Numbered from the stretch's first letter, positions 38,838 through 47,671 are shown. The stretch: DNA of 64,000 nucleotides from an uncultured Verrucomicrobiae bacterium (GCA_963809845.1 CAWELO010000014.1:157307-221306); one strand, 5' to 3'. Notes: generated by a model not told the origin, from the letters alone. Numbers and translations: made by a program.

Positions 38838-41075
38838 TGGGCGAGGGCCGGAGGGCCGGAAGACGGAAGACGGAGGGCGGAGGGATTGGGGATGCCCTTC
38901 CGGAACTCGCCGTGTAACCATGCCTGTATCCCGAAGGGATTTGAGCACTCAGCCCAGGGTTGCGAGTCGGCGAGCTACCCTGGGTCTGCGACGCCCGAAG
39001 GAAAGTGTTCTATCCTGAAAGGATTGGAGCGCATGCCCGCGCGGACCGCGCTGAAACCCTTTCAGGGTAAATGACCCTCCGGCCGGTCTGGACCCAGGGT
39101 AGCTCGTGCCTCGCAACCCTGGGCTGAGTGCTCACGATCCTTTCAGGATGAGAATGGGTGCGTTCGTGGGCGCGGACCCTGCCGCGCGCATCGGCCCTGC
39201 TGGCGGGGAGGCTTCTTTTGTCCCGAAGAGGGCGGAGGGCCGGAAGACGGAGGACGGAGGACGGAGGGCGGAGGGCGGAGGGCGGAGGGCGGAGGGATTG
39301 GGGATGCTTCCGGAACTCTGGGTAACGTGGCTGTATCCCGAAGGGATTCTAGCACTCAGCCCAGGGTTGCGAGTCGGCGAGCTACCCTGGGTCTGCGACG
39401 CCCGAGGGAAAGTGTCCTATCCTGAAAGGATTGGAGCGCATGCCCCCGCGGACCGCGCTGAAACCCTTTCAGGGTAAATGACCCTCCGGCCGGTCTGGAC
39501 CCAGGGTAGCTCGTGCCTCGCAACCCTGGGCTGAGTGCTCACGATCCTTTCAGGATGAGAATGGGTGCGTTCGTGGGCGCGGACCCTGCCGCGCGCATCG
39601 GCCCTGCTGGCGGGGAGGCTTCTTTTGTCCCGAAGAGGGCGGAGGCCGGAAGACGGAGGGCCGGAGGGATTGGGGATGCCCTTCCGGAACTCGCTGGGTA
39701 ACGTGGCTGTATCCCGAAGGGATTTGAGCACTCAGCCCAGGGTTGCGAGTCGGCGAGCTACCCTGGGTCTGCGACGCCCGAAGGAAAGTGTTCTATCCTG
39801 AAAGGATTGGAGCGCATGCCCCCGCGGACCGCGCTGAAACCCTTTCAGGGTAAATGACCCTCCGGCCGGTCTGGACCCAGGGTAGCTCGTGCCTCGCAAC
39901 CCTGGGCTGAGTGCTCACGATCCTTTCAGGATGAGAATGGGTGCGTTCGTGGGCGCGGACCCTGCCGCGCGCATCGGCCCTGCTGGCGGGGAGGCTTCTT
40001 TTGTCCCGAAGAGGGCGGAGGGCCGGAAGACGGAGGACGGAGGACGGAGGGATTGGGGATGCCCTTCCGGAACTCGCTGTGTAACGTGGCTGTATCCCGA
40101 AGGGATTTGAGCACTCAGCCCAGGGTTGCGAGTCGGCGAGCTACCCTGGGTCTGCGACGCCCGAAGGAAAGTGTTCTATCCTGAAAGGATTGGAGCGCAT
40201 GCCCCCGCGGACCGCGCTGAAACCCTTTCAGGGTAAATGACCCTCCGGCCGGTCTGGCCCCAGGGTAGCTCGTGCCTCGCAACCCTGGGCTGAGTGCTCA
40301 CGATCCTTTCAGGATGAGAATGGGTGCGTTCGTGGGCGCGGACCCTGCCGCGCGCATCGGCCCTGCTGGCGGGGAGGCTTCTTTTGTCCCGAAGAGGGCG
40401 GAGGGCCGGAAGGCGGAGGGCGGAGGGATTGGGGATGCCTTTCCGGAACTCGCTGGGTAACGTGGCTGTATCCCGAAGGGATTTGAGCACTCAGCCCAGG
40501 GTTGCGAGTCGGCGAGCTACCCTGGGTCTGCGGGGCTCGAACGAAAGTGTTCTATCCTGAAAGGATTGGAGCGCATGCCCCCGCGGACCGCGCTGAAACC
40601 CCTTCAGGGTAAATGACCCTCCGGCCGGTCTGGACCCAGGGTAGCTCGTGCCTCGCAACCCTGGGCTGAGTGCTCACGATCCTTTCAGGATGAGAATGGG
40701 TGCGTTCGTGGGCGCGGACCCTGCCGCGCGCATCGGCCCTGCTGGCGGGGAGGCTTCTTTTGTCCCGAAGAGGACGGAGGGCCGGAAGGCGGAGGGCGGA
40801 GGGCGGAGGGATTGGGGATGCCCTTCCGGAACTCGCTGGGTAACGTGGCTGTATCCCGAAGGGATTTGAGCACTCAGCCCAGGGTTGCGAGTCGGCGAGC
40901 TACCCTGGGTCTGCGACGCCCGAGGGAAAGTGTTCTATCCTGAAAGGATTGGAGCGCATGCCCCCGCGGACCGCGCTGAAACCCTTTCAGGGTAAATCAC
41001 CCTCCGGCCGGTCTGGACCCAGGGTAGCTCGCGGACTCGCAACCCTGGGCTGAGTGCCGGAATCCTTTCAGGATG
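38838..41075. repeat. Tandem array of six ~376-406-bp composite palindromic units (last copy degenerate)
   Basis: The landmark gtatcccgaagggatt recurs at ~38927, 39333, 39709, 40090, 40467 and 40848. The landmark gggctgagtgctcacgatcctttcaggatg recurs at ~39121, 39527, 39904, 40287 and 40663, with a degenerate copy at 41047. Whole units are near-identical, so there are no unique spacers. Confidence 0.9.
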
Positions 41076-41077
41076 AG

Positions 41078-41392
41078 GTCGGAACCGAAGCCCAGAGTTG
41101 CGCCCGCATCCAGCAACGACCGGAACCTGTAGGCGCCTTGGGCGCGTTCCCGTCCGAGGCGCTTCTCACACCATCGCCCGTCGTCGGCGGCATCGGTACG
41201 GTTGCATGGAAGCGATGACATGTTCGGCGGCGAAGCTGGGGAAATCGCCGTGGCCCAGGTGCTGAGCGTGCTCGATGCGGAAGCGCCGGTCGCGCGGGCC
41301 GTTCGTTAGAGCGGCCAGGCGGTAGAGTCGAGGATGCGCCGGTTTGCCTCCTCACCGATGCGGTTGCCGGCGATGGCGATGGCCTGTGCCCG
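41078..41392 (-). pseudogene. Decayed amidohydrolase-family remnant (internally deleted, frameshifted, 3'-truncated at the repeat array)
   Basis: Minus-strand pieces lie in three frames: [12 protein letters not shown]..., [10 protein letters not shown]...VIASMQPY, and [36 protein letters not shown]. The last runs directly into repeat sequence at 41078. Confidence 0.5.
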
Positions 41393-41467
41393 GGGGGGAG
41401 CGAGCGGCGTCGGGGAATGCGGGCGGAATTGACCTGACCTGGCCGAGCATCCGTTGTAAGAAGGGAA

Positions 41468-42790
41468 ATGCGTTACCGACCGATCAACCCGGAATTGTTT
41501 CTCAACAACCGCGCGAACCTGGCCAAGCTGATGCCGCCCAACTCCCTGGCGCTAGTGAACGCGAATGACATCCTGCCCACCAACGCCGATGGCACGCTGG
41601 CTCTGCGGCAGAATTCGGATTTGTTCTATCTCACTGGCATTGACCAGGAGGAAAGCGTTCTGCTGGTGTATCCCGAGGCCGCTGAGGAAAACATGCGCGA
41701 GATCCTGTTCTTGCGCGAGACCAACGACCTGGTGGCCACGTGGGAAGGGCATAAGCTGACCAAAGCGGAGGCGAGGGCGGTTTCCGGCGTCAAGCGCGTC
41801 GAGTGGCTTTCGGAATTTCGCCCTTTGTTCCACCGGCTGATGTGTGAGTGCGATCAGGTTTATCTGAATACGAACGAGCACAAGCGGGCCGTCATCGAGG
41901 TGGAAACCCGCGATGCCCGCTTCATCGAGGACACCCAACGGCGCTATCCCCTGCACGACTACCGACGCCTGGCCCGTTTGATGCACCGGCTCCGCGCCGT
42001 GAAGTCCAATCTCGAAATCGATCTCCTTCGCCAGGCTTGCGCCATTACCAAGGCCGGGTTTCTGAGGGTCTGCCGCTTCGTCCGCCCGGGCGTCAACGAA
42101 ACGGAAATTGAAGCCGAGTTCGCCCACGAGTTTATCCGGCGCGGTGGGAATTTCGCCTACTGGCCCATCATTGCCAGCGGCCCCAACGCGTGTGTCCTGC
42201 ACTATATTCAAAACGACCAGACGTGCAGGAAAGGCGACCTGCTGCTGCTGGATGTCGCTGCCAGCTACGCCAACTACAACTCGGATCTGACCCGCACGAT
42301 TCCGGTGGGCGGCCGCTTTACGCGGCGTCAACGGCAGGTGTATAACGCCGTGCTGCGGGTCTTGCGAGCGGCCAGCCAGGCGGCGACCCCGGGAAAACTG
42401 CCCAAGGCCTGGCAGAAGGAGGCCGAGGCCTTCATGCAAAAGGAGCTGGTCGATTTGGGTTTGTTAAAAATGTCCGAGATCCGAAAGCAGGATCCCGACA
42501 AGCCCGCGCTCAAAAAGTACTTCATGCACGGGATTGGCCATCCGCTGGGGTTGGATGTTCACGACTTGGGCCTGACCACCGAACCCATCCAGGCCGGCTG
42601 GGTGCTCACGGTCGAGCCGGGGATCTACCTGCCCAAGGAAGGTTTTGCCGTGCGCCTGGAAAACGATGTGTTGGTCCAGGAAGGCGGAAACCTCGATCTC
42701 ATGGCGGACATCCCCATCGAGGCCGACGCGATCGAGCGCCTGATGCAGGTCCAGCGCGGGCCGAAACCCACTCGCAGGCGCGGGGCCTGA
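41468..42790 (+). CDS. pepP: Xaa-Pro aminopeptidase (M24B)
   Basis: SDLFYLTGIDQEESVLL, LLLLDVAASYANYNSDLTRT, FMHGIGHPLGLDVHD and VLTVEPGIY. Confidence 0.85.
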   Translation: MRYRPINPELFLNNRANLAKLMPPNSLALVNANDILPTNADGTLALRQNSDLFYLTGIDQEESVLLVYPEAAEENMREILFLRETNDLVATWEGHKLTKAEARAVSGVKRVEWLSEFRPLFHRLMCECDQVYLNTNEHKRAVIEVETRDARFIEDTQRRYPLHDYRRLARLMHRLRAVKSNLEIDLLRQACAITKAGFLRVCRFVRPGVNETEIEAEFAHEFIRRGGNFAYWPIIASGPNACVLHYIQNDQTCRKGDLLLLDVAASYANYNSDLTRTIPVGGRFTRRQRQVYNAVLRVLRAASQAATPGKLPKAWQKEAEAFMQKELVDLGLLKMSEIRKQDPDKPALKKYFMHGIGHPLGLDVHDLGLTTEPIQAGWVLTVEPGIYLPKEGFAVRLENDVLVQEGGNLDLMADIPIEADAIERLMQVQRGPKPTRRRGA

Positions 42791-42929
42791 CGGAGCGCCG
42801 GCTCTGACGGGATTGCGGCCTGTCGCGGGGCTTTGGATTACGAGATTCTGGAACGCGTCGCATTCCGGCGACTGGCACGGATCTGGCTCTGAAATTCTCC
42901 AGACGTCATTTTCGCATTCTCGATACCGC

Positions 42930-43700
42930 ATGAAGGCACCCGCAGCAAACCGAACCGGCGGCCGTGTAACCGAACGCAAGCCCGCGCTTGCAACGGGCAG
43001 TCTTACCGCAAGCGAAGCGCCGCGCTCGCCGGAAAAGCGGCTGCGCCTGCTCCTGGCCGAGGATCATCCCGTCGTCCGGAAAGGGCTGATCGCCCTGCTT
43101 GAGCACCAGCCGGGCATCGACGTCCTGGCGGAAGCCAGGGATGGACAGGAGGCTCTGCGTAAAGCCAAGGATTTGAAACCCGATGTAGTATTAGTGGACA
43201 TCGAGATGCCGCAGTTGAACGGGTTTGTACTTACCGAACTGCTTCACAGAGATCTCCCCCAGATTGCCGTCTTGATCCTGTCCAGCCATTCGGGGGCGCA
43301 ATGCGTGCCCCGCATCATCCAATCGGGTGCGCGGGGTTACCTCAGCAAAGAAGCTTCCGCCGAGGAGTTGGTGACCGCGGTCCGGGCCGTCGCCGCAGGG
43401 GGCACTTATTTTGGACCGGAAGTCGCCCAGCTTGCCATGGCACACCTGGTCAAATCGAACGGCCAAGCAAGCGTCCCGGCCTTGACGTCCCGGGAAAGGG
43501 AAGTGCTGACCCTCATCGCCGAGGGGCTATACAACAAGGAAATCGCCGCCCGCCTGAATATCGGGACACGCACCGTCGAGACCCACCGCGAGCGCATCAT
43601 GCGCAAGCTCGGAGTGCACAGTGCCGCCGGCTTGACCACGTACGCTGTAGCCAATGGCTTTGTGGTCGTGACCCAAGCGCCGACCTTCCAGACCGATTGA
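42930..43700 (+). CDS. NarL/FixJ-type response regulator (REC + LuxR HTH)
   Basis: LRLLLAEDHPVVRKGL...DVVLVDIEMPQLNG, plus LTSREREVLTLIAEGLYNKEIAARLNIGTRTVETHRERIMRKLG. Confidence 0.9.
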   Translation: MKAPAANRTGGRVTERKPALATGSLTASEAPRSPEKRLRLLLAEDHPVVRKGLIALLEHQPGIDVLAEARDGQEALRKAKDLKPDVVLVDIEMPQLNGFVLTELLHRDLPQIAVLILSSHSGAQCVPRIIQSGARGYLSKEASAEELVTAVRAVAAGGTYFGPEVAQLAMAHLVKSNGQASVPALTSREREVLTLIAEGLYNKEIAARLNIGTRTVETHRERIMRKLGVHSAAGLTTYAVANGFVVVTQAPTFQTD

Positions 43701-43796
43701 CACCGTCGAATCTCAGCCGCAGGGGCGGAGATACAAGGTTGGGAATCGTAGGGGCGCGCCGGGCGGGGGGAACACCCCGCCCCGACAGGCAATTGC

Positions 43797-44267
43797 CTAA
43801 CGCCAGTGGCCGCCAATCCAGACGTAACCTCGGCCGCGCCTGCCCCAATGGCCCCCAACCCACAGGGCATGCGGGTAAGGGCGGATCATATAATGGCCTC
43901 CCACCCAAACCCAGCCTCCACCTACGCCCACGGTCCAGTAACCGGGCATCCAGAGATATTGAGGCCCGGGGGCGATGGGCACCACCTCGACCTCCGGCGC
44001 GGGAGGAGCGGCCTGGACCACGACCGGCGGAGGCGCTTGCGGGGGCGGCACCGTGGCGGCGTCGGGCACTGTAGCCGGCTGGCCGGGGGCGGGCAGAGGT
44101 CCGTTCGTTCCGTAAGTGGCTTGGGGTTGGTAGGTGTAAGCGGGCGCGCCCTGGTAAGCTGGTTGGACCTGGTACGCGGGCACATATTCCACCCGCCGCT
44201 CGACGCATCCGCTCGCCAAGGCGGCCATTCCCGCCGCCGAAAGTATCAATAATGCATTTTTTTTCAT
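43797..44267 (-). CDS. Lipoprotein with a Pro-rich linker and a YxWxxGxW-repeat C-terminus
   Basis: The lipobox is MKKNALLILSAAGMAALASGC. The C-terminus is YLWMPGYWTVGVGGGWVWVGGHY...LWVGGHWGRRGRGYVWIGGHW. Confidence 0.7.
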   Translation of the reverse strand: MKKNALLILSAAGMAALASGCVERRVEYVPAYQVQPAYQGAPAYTYQPQATYGTNGPLPAPGQPATVPDAATVPPPQAPPPVVVQAAPPAPEVEVVPIAPGPQYLWMPGYWTVGVGGGWVWVGGHYMIRPYPHALWVGGHWGRRGRGYVWIGGHWR

Positions 44268-44417
44268 GGCAACTTGGTTTTTCAAGTTCTGCCTTAATGG
44301 ACGCCCGGTGCGCGGGGTTTTTCAACCAGAAAAGGAGAAAAATTAGGCGCCTGCCTGTAACCTGTCCGCCAGCCCAGCCGTCTTGGTCCCCCTGGCCGGA
44401 AAGGCCGTTAATCCGGG

Positions 44418-45161
44418 CTAAGCCGGCTTGCCGGGACCAAAAAGGGCCGCGATCCGCCGCTGGATATCCTCGGCTTGCGCCCGGGGATCCGGGGCCTTTC
44501 GGATGGGCCGCCCGACCACGATATAATCCGCTCCGTTCCTGAAGGCCTGCTCGATATCCACGGTGCGTTTTTGGTCGTCAAGTTCACGGTTCACGACCGG
44601 TCGAATGCCCGGGCTGACGATGAGGAAGTTCGGGCCCAAATCGGCCCGCAGTTTGGGAGCTTCCAAGCCGGAGGAGATCACGCCGTCGCAGCCGATTTCC
44701 AGGGCGCGCTTCGCCCGCGACAAGACCAGCGCTTGAACGTCGCACTGGAATCCCAGCGCGGTGAGATCGCCCTGATCCAGGCTGGTCAACACCGTCACGG
44801 CCAGAATCTTCACTTCGCCTTTCCTCCGGACCGCCGCCTGCAGGATGGCATCGTTGCCGTGGACCGTCGCGAACTCGATATGCTTGCCCGGAAGCTGCGC
44901 CACCGCCGACTCGACGGTTTCGGGCACATCGAAGAATTTTAGATCGGCAAACACCTTTTTTCCCCGTGCGTGCAGCCAATCGATCAGCTCGAAATAGCCG
45001 CCCGCCATGAAGAGCTGCAAACCCAGCTTGTAAAACGCGACCTCGTCGCCGAGTTTTTCGACCCATTCCCGGGCCGCGGCCACGCTGGGCACGTCCAGGG
45101 CAAAGATCAGGCGCTCCCGGACGGGGATTGCCTTCGCGGAAAGAGCGGGCACGGCATTCAT
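44418..45161 (-). CDS. pyrF: Orotidine-5'-phosphate decarboxylase
   Basis: LIFALDV, FYKLGLQLF, VFADLKFFDVPETV, ATVHG and IVVGRPI. Confidence 0.9.
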   Translation of the reverse strand: MNAVPALSAKAIPVRERLIFALDVPSVAAAREWVEKLGDEVAFYKLGLQLFMAGGYFELIDWLHARGKKVFADLKFFDVPETVESAVAQLPGKHIEFATVHGNDAILQAAVRRKGEVKILAVTVLTSLDQGDLTALGFQCDVQALVLSRAKRALEIGCDGVISSGLEAPKLRADLGPNFLIVSPGIRPVVNRELDDQKRTVDIEQAFRNGADYIVVGRPIRKAPDPRAQAEDIQRRIAALFGPGKPA

Positions 45162-45472
45162 CCGTTGATGATCCGCGCCGGGGGAAGCTGTGGAAATTCA
45201 TTTTTATTGAAACCTATGCGCATCCTTTTCACAAAACGGACATGAGGATTGAGGGTTGATTCCACGAGGGTTGCGGCTGGTCGTGCCTCGTTGCTCACAG
45301 CCTGTCAATAACCTGCCACGGCTTATTCACAGCCGCTGGCGAGTGGCGGGTTTCGAGAGAACGTCAAACCCACCGCGGCAGTGAGATGGCGTATCCGCAC
45401 CGCGCAGGCATCGCTGGACACCAGGTTTGGACTTTGGACTGCGGGGCCGCTGGAGTTAGATTCCCTGGCGGC

Positions 45473-45868
45473 ATGAAAACCAAACCTGGTCCGGTCCTCT
45501 CCATACTACCCCGGCTGCGCATTGTGTTGGGCAGCCAGATCGCGATGGGGCCGGGCAAGGCGGAGTTGTTGGGGCTGGTGCGCGAAACCCATTCCATTGC
45601 GGAAGCTGCCCGGCGCATGGGCATGTCTTACATGCGGGCCTGGTCTCTGATTCAAACGATGAACGGCTGCTTCCGGGAACCCGTCGTCCTAACCCGGCGC
45701 GGCGGATCGGCCCGGGGCGGTGCGCGCCTCAGCAAAACCGGCGAGCGACTGCTCACCTTGTATCAAGGCCTGGAAACCGAGTTCCTCGCCGCGAGCGCAG
45801 ACACTCGCCGGCGGATGGCCGCCTTGCTGAGGCCGGCCCCGGCCAGCCGGCCCGGGAGAGACGCTTGA
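45473..45868 (+). CDS. ModE N-terminal-domain-like winged-helix regulator (no Mop domains)
   Basis: GPGKAELLGLVRETHSIAEAARRMGMSYMRAWSLIQTMN...RRGGSARGGARLSKTGERLLTLY parallels the E. coli ModE N-terminal HTH (SISQGAKDAGISYKSAW...GGKGGGGA.LT..G..L) as I recall it. Confidence 0.7.
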   Translation: MKTKPGPVLSILPRLRIVLGSQIAMGPGKAELLGLVRETHSIAEAARRMGMSYMRAWSLIQTMNGCFREPVVLTRRGGSARGGARLSKTGERLLTLYQGLETEFLAASADTRRRMAALLRPAPASRPGRDA

Positions 45869-45947
45869 GCGATCGGTTGCCGCCGCGGGGATCGGTTGCG
45901 AGCCGCGCATCCTGGCCGGACGAACGGACCGGGCCGAGCCTGGTTTG

Positions 45948-45983
45948 CGATATATTTGACAAAATATATCGGCAAGTTAGAAT
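45948..45983 (+). promoter_or_regulatory. Perfect 10-4-10 palindrome (ModE-operator-like) overlapping a sigma70-type promoter
   Basis: CGATATATTT-gaca-AAATATATCG lies at 45948-45971. TTGACA lies at 45956-45961. After 16 nt comes TAGAAT at 45978-45983. The downstream ATG is at 46016. Confidence 0.6.
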
Positions 45984-46015
45984 CTGCGCGTCCCAGATTA
46001 GCCACCAACCCGATC

Positions 46016-47017
46016 ATGCCTATGCGATGGAACAACCGAGATTTGCGGGCGGGCGAGCCCACCCTGGCTTTCGGCCGCCAGGGCTGGCCGAACAGCGAAG
46101 GGCTTGGTCAGGGCGTGACGAGTCGATCACAGGCTGGCGCCACCTTCCTGGCCATGGCGCTCTGGTTGCTGGCGGCCGGGACCGCCTGTCGCGCGGGTGA
46201 CGACTCGGCCGCAGCCGGCGGCGACGGAGCCTCGGCCAACCCGGTGGCGGGCTACTTCCAGAATTGGTTCATGCGCGTATCGGCGATCCAGGCGGAACAA
46301 CCCCACTGGGTTACGCCGTTGGTGACCGTGACTCCGCGCTTGGAAGAGGAGTTGCGGTATGATCAGCTTTGGGAATCGCTGCCGGGCGGGCACACGCTGA
46401 CCAGTTACGGCGGGGGCGGCGGCAAGGGCCTCGAGCTGATCCCGTTCGACCCGGTCGAAGTCATCATCGGGGTGCCCTCGTGGCAGACCCAGAATACCTC
46501 ACCGGCCCGGAACGGATGGAGCGACGAGAGCTTCCTGCTCAAGTACCGCCTTCTCGCCGGCAACGAACAACACGGTGATTATATCCTGACGGCCTTCATG
46601 GGTTTGACGGTGCCCAACGGCAGCGACAACCTGACTTCGCACCATTTCGCCTACAGCCCGACGCTGGCCTTTGGCAAGGGGTGGGGCGATTTTGATTTCC
46701 AGAGCACACTCGGCATCTCGGTGCCCGACGATGGCGCGTCCCGGACTGGCGCCGGAACGCCGATTTTGTTCAACACAGCTTTCCAATACCGGGTGTTCAA
46801 ATACTTCTGGCCGGAGGTCGAAGCCAATTACACCTATTGGCCGAACGGCAAACATAGCGGTTTGAACCAGCTCTTTGTCACGCCGGGTTTGGTCATTGGG
46901 CGAATCCCCATCGCCGGGCGAGTCGGACTCACCTTCGGCGCCGGTTGCCAGGTCGCGGTCACGGACCACCCGTTATATCACCGGAACATTATCCTGACCG
47001 CCCGTCTGCCGTTCTGA
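46016..47017 (+). CDS. Outer-membrane beta-barrel channel (MetA/phenol-degradation-like transporter family)
   Basis: It has a signal-like segment (ATFLAMALWLLAAGTACRA), alternating beta-strand-like sequence and a C-terminal ...LTARLPF ending in Phe. The start could instead lie further downstream. Confidence 0.6.
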   Translation: MPMRWNNRDLRAGEPTLAFGRQGWPNSEGLGQGVTSRSQAGATFLAMALWLLAAGTACRAGDDSAAAGGDGASANPVAGYFQNWFMRVSAIQAEQPHWVTPLVTVTPRLEEELRYDQLWESLPGGHTLTSYGGGGGKGLELIPFDPVEVIIGVPSWQTQNTSPARNGWSDESFLLKYRLLAGNEQHGDYILTAFMGLTVPNGSDNLTSHHFAYSPTLAFGKGWGDFDFQSTLGISVPDDGASRTGAGTPILFNTAFQYRVFKYFWPEVEANYTYWPNGKHSGLNQLFVTPGLVIGRIPIAGRVGLTFGAGCQVAVTDHPLYHRNIILTARLPF

Positions 47018-47109
47018 GGTAAATTGGGAGCGCGCCCATCCACGCCGCCGACAGGCCCCCCCGGTGAAGGGGCGCAGGACGAGGCTCCCCGGGAGCGAGA
47101 CCGAACCAA

Positions 47110-47193
47110 CCCGCAGGGATTTTGTGACAACCTGCAGGGTTTTTGAGACAACGCGCAGGGGTTTTGAGACAACGCGCAGGGGTTTTGAGACGC
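47110..47193. repeat. Four tandem 21-bp copies of the terminal segment of REP subfamily A
   Basis: ccgcagggattttgtgacaac / ctgcagggtttttgagacaac / gcgcaggggttttgagacaac / gcgcaggggttttgagacgcc. Confidence 0.8.
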
Positions 47194-47298
47194 CAACGGC
47201 GTCGCTCATACCAGCCCAGGGCACCCGCCCTGGGTTCATGGCCCGGCGTCTGGGGTTGCAGGCCAACGGCCTGCTTCATAAGGTGCGCTGGGTTCATC
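47173..47298. repeat. REP-like element, subfamily A
   Basis: GACGCC-aac-GGCGTC, CCAGGGC-accc-GCCCTGG and CAGGCC-aac-GGCCTG. Confidence 0.75.
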
Positions 47299-47336
47299 AA
47301 GCACCCTAATTGAATCCATACAGCCAGGCGGAGGAT

Positions 47337-47430
47337 GAATCGCGCCTTCAGCGCTCAGAATGTTTTCTTGAGCCATCAACCCAGGGCGTGTGCCCTGGGC
47401 TGGTATGATGCAGGCCTTTGGCCTGAACGG
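47337..47430. repeat. REP-like element, subfamily B (inverted relative to 29423-29518)
   Basis: tcgcgccttcagcgctcag...CCAGGGC-gtgt-GCCCTGG-gctggtatga-tgCAGGCC-ttt-GGCCTG. Confidence 0.7.
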
Positions 47431-47439
47431 CAGGTTGCC

Positions 47440-47555
47440 CAGCCCACGGATTGCCCACACGGATGCCCACAGGATTGCCCACATGGATTGCCCACATGGA
47501 TTGCCCACACGGATTGCCCGCGCGGATTGGCCGCACGGATTGGCCGCAGGGTTTG
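47440..47555. repeat. Nine tandem ~13-bp repeats (GCCCACAYGGATT, drifting to GGCCGCACGGATT)
   Basis: Read directly: agcccacggatt gcccacacggat gcccacaggatt gcccacatggatt gcccacatggatt gcccacacggatt gcccgcgcggatt ggccgcacggatt ggccgcagggttt. Confidence 0.8.
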
Positions 47556-47671
47556 CCGTAAGGCCGGGTTCGATGGCCGTTTATTTTCGGGCAAACATCC
47601 AGGATCGTCCAAACTCCCGCAGCACTGTGCGGCCTTCGAAGCACGCTGTCCTGCGCCCCCCCTCTCCAAGA

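Noticed and set aside
39106-40873. Recurrent 62-123-aa ORFs inside the array (MPRNPGLSAHDPFRMRMGAF..., MLKSLRDTATLPSEFRKGIPNP...)
   Set aside because: They occur on both strands of the same repeat. Their lengths change with the microsatellite copy number. They begin at non-ATG codons or lack ribosome-binding context. They are by-products of the repeat sequence.
38838-41075. Possible CRISPR array
   Set aside because: The period is ~380 bp and the whole unit repeats. There are no unique spacers and no 24-48-bp repeat/spacer alternation. No cas genes lie nearby.
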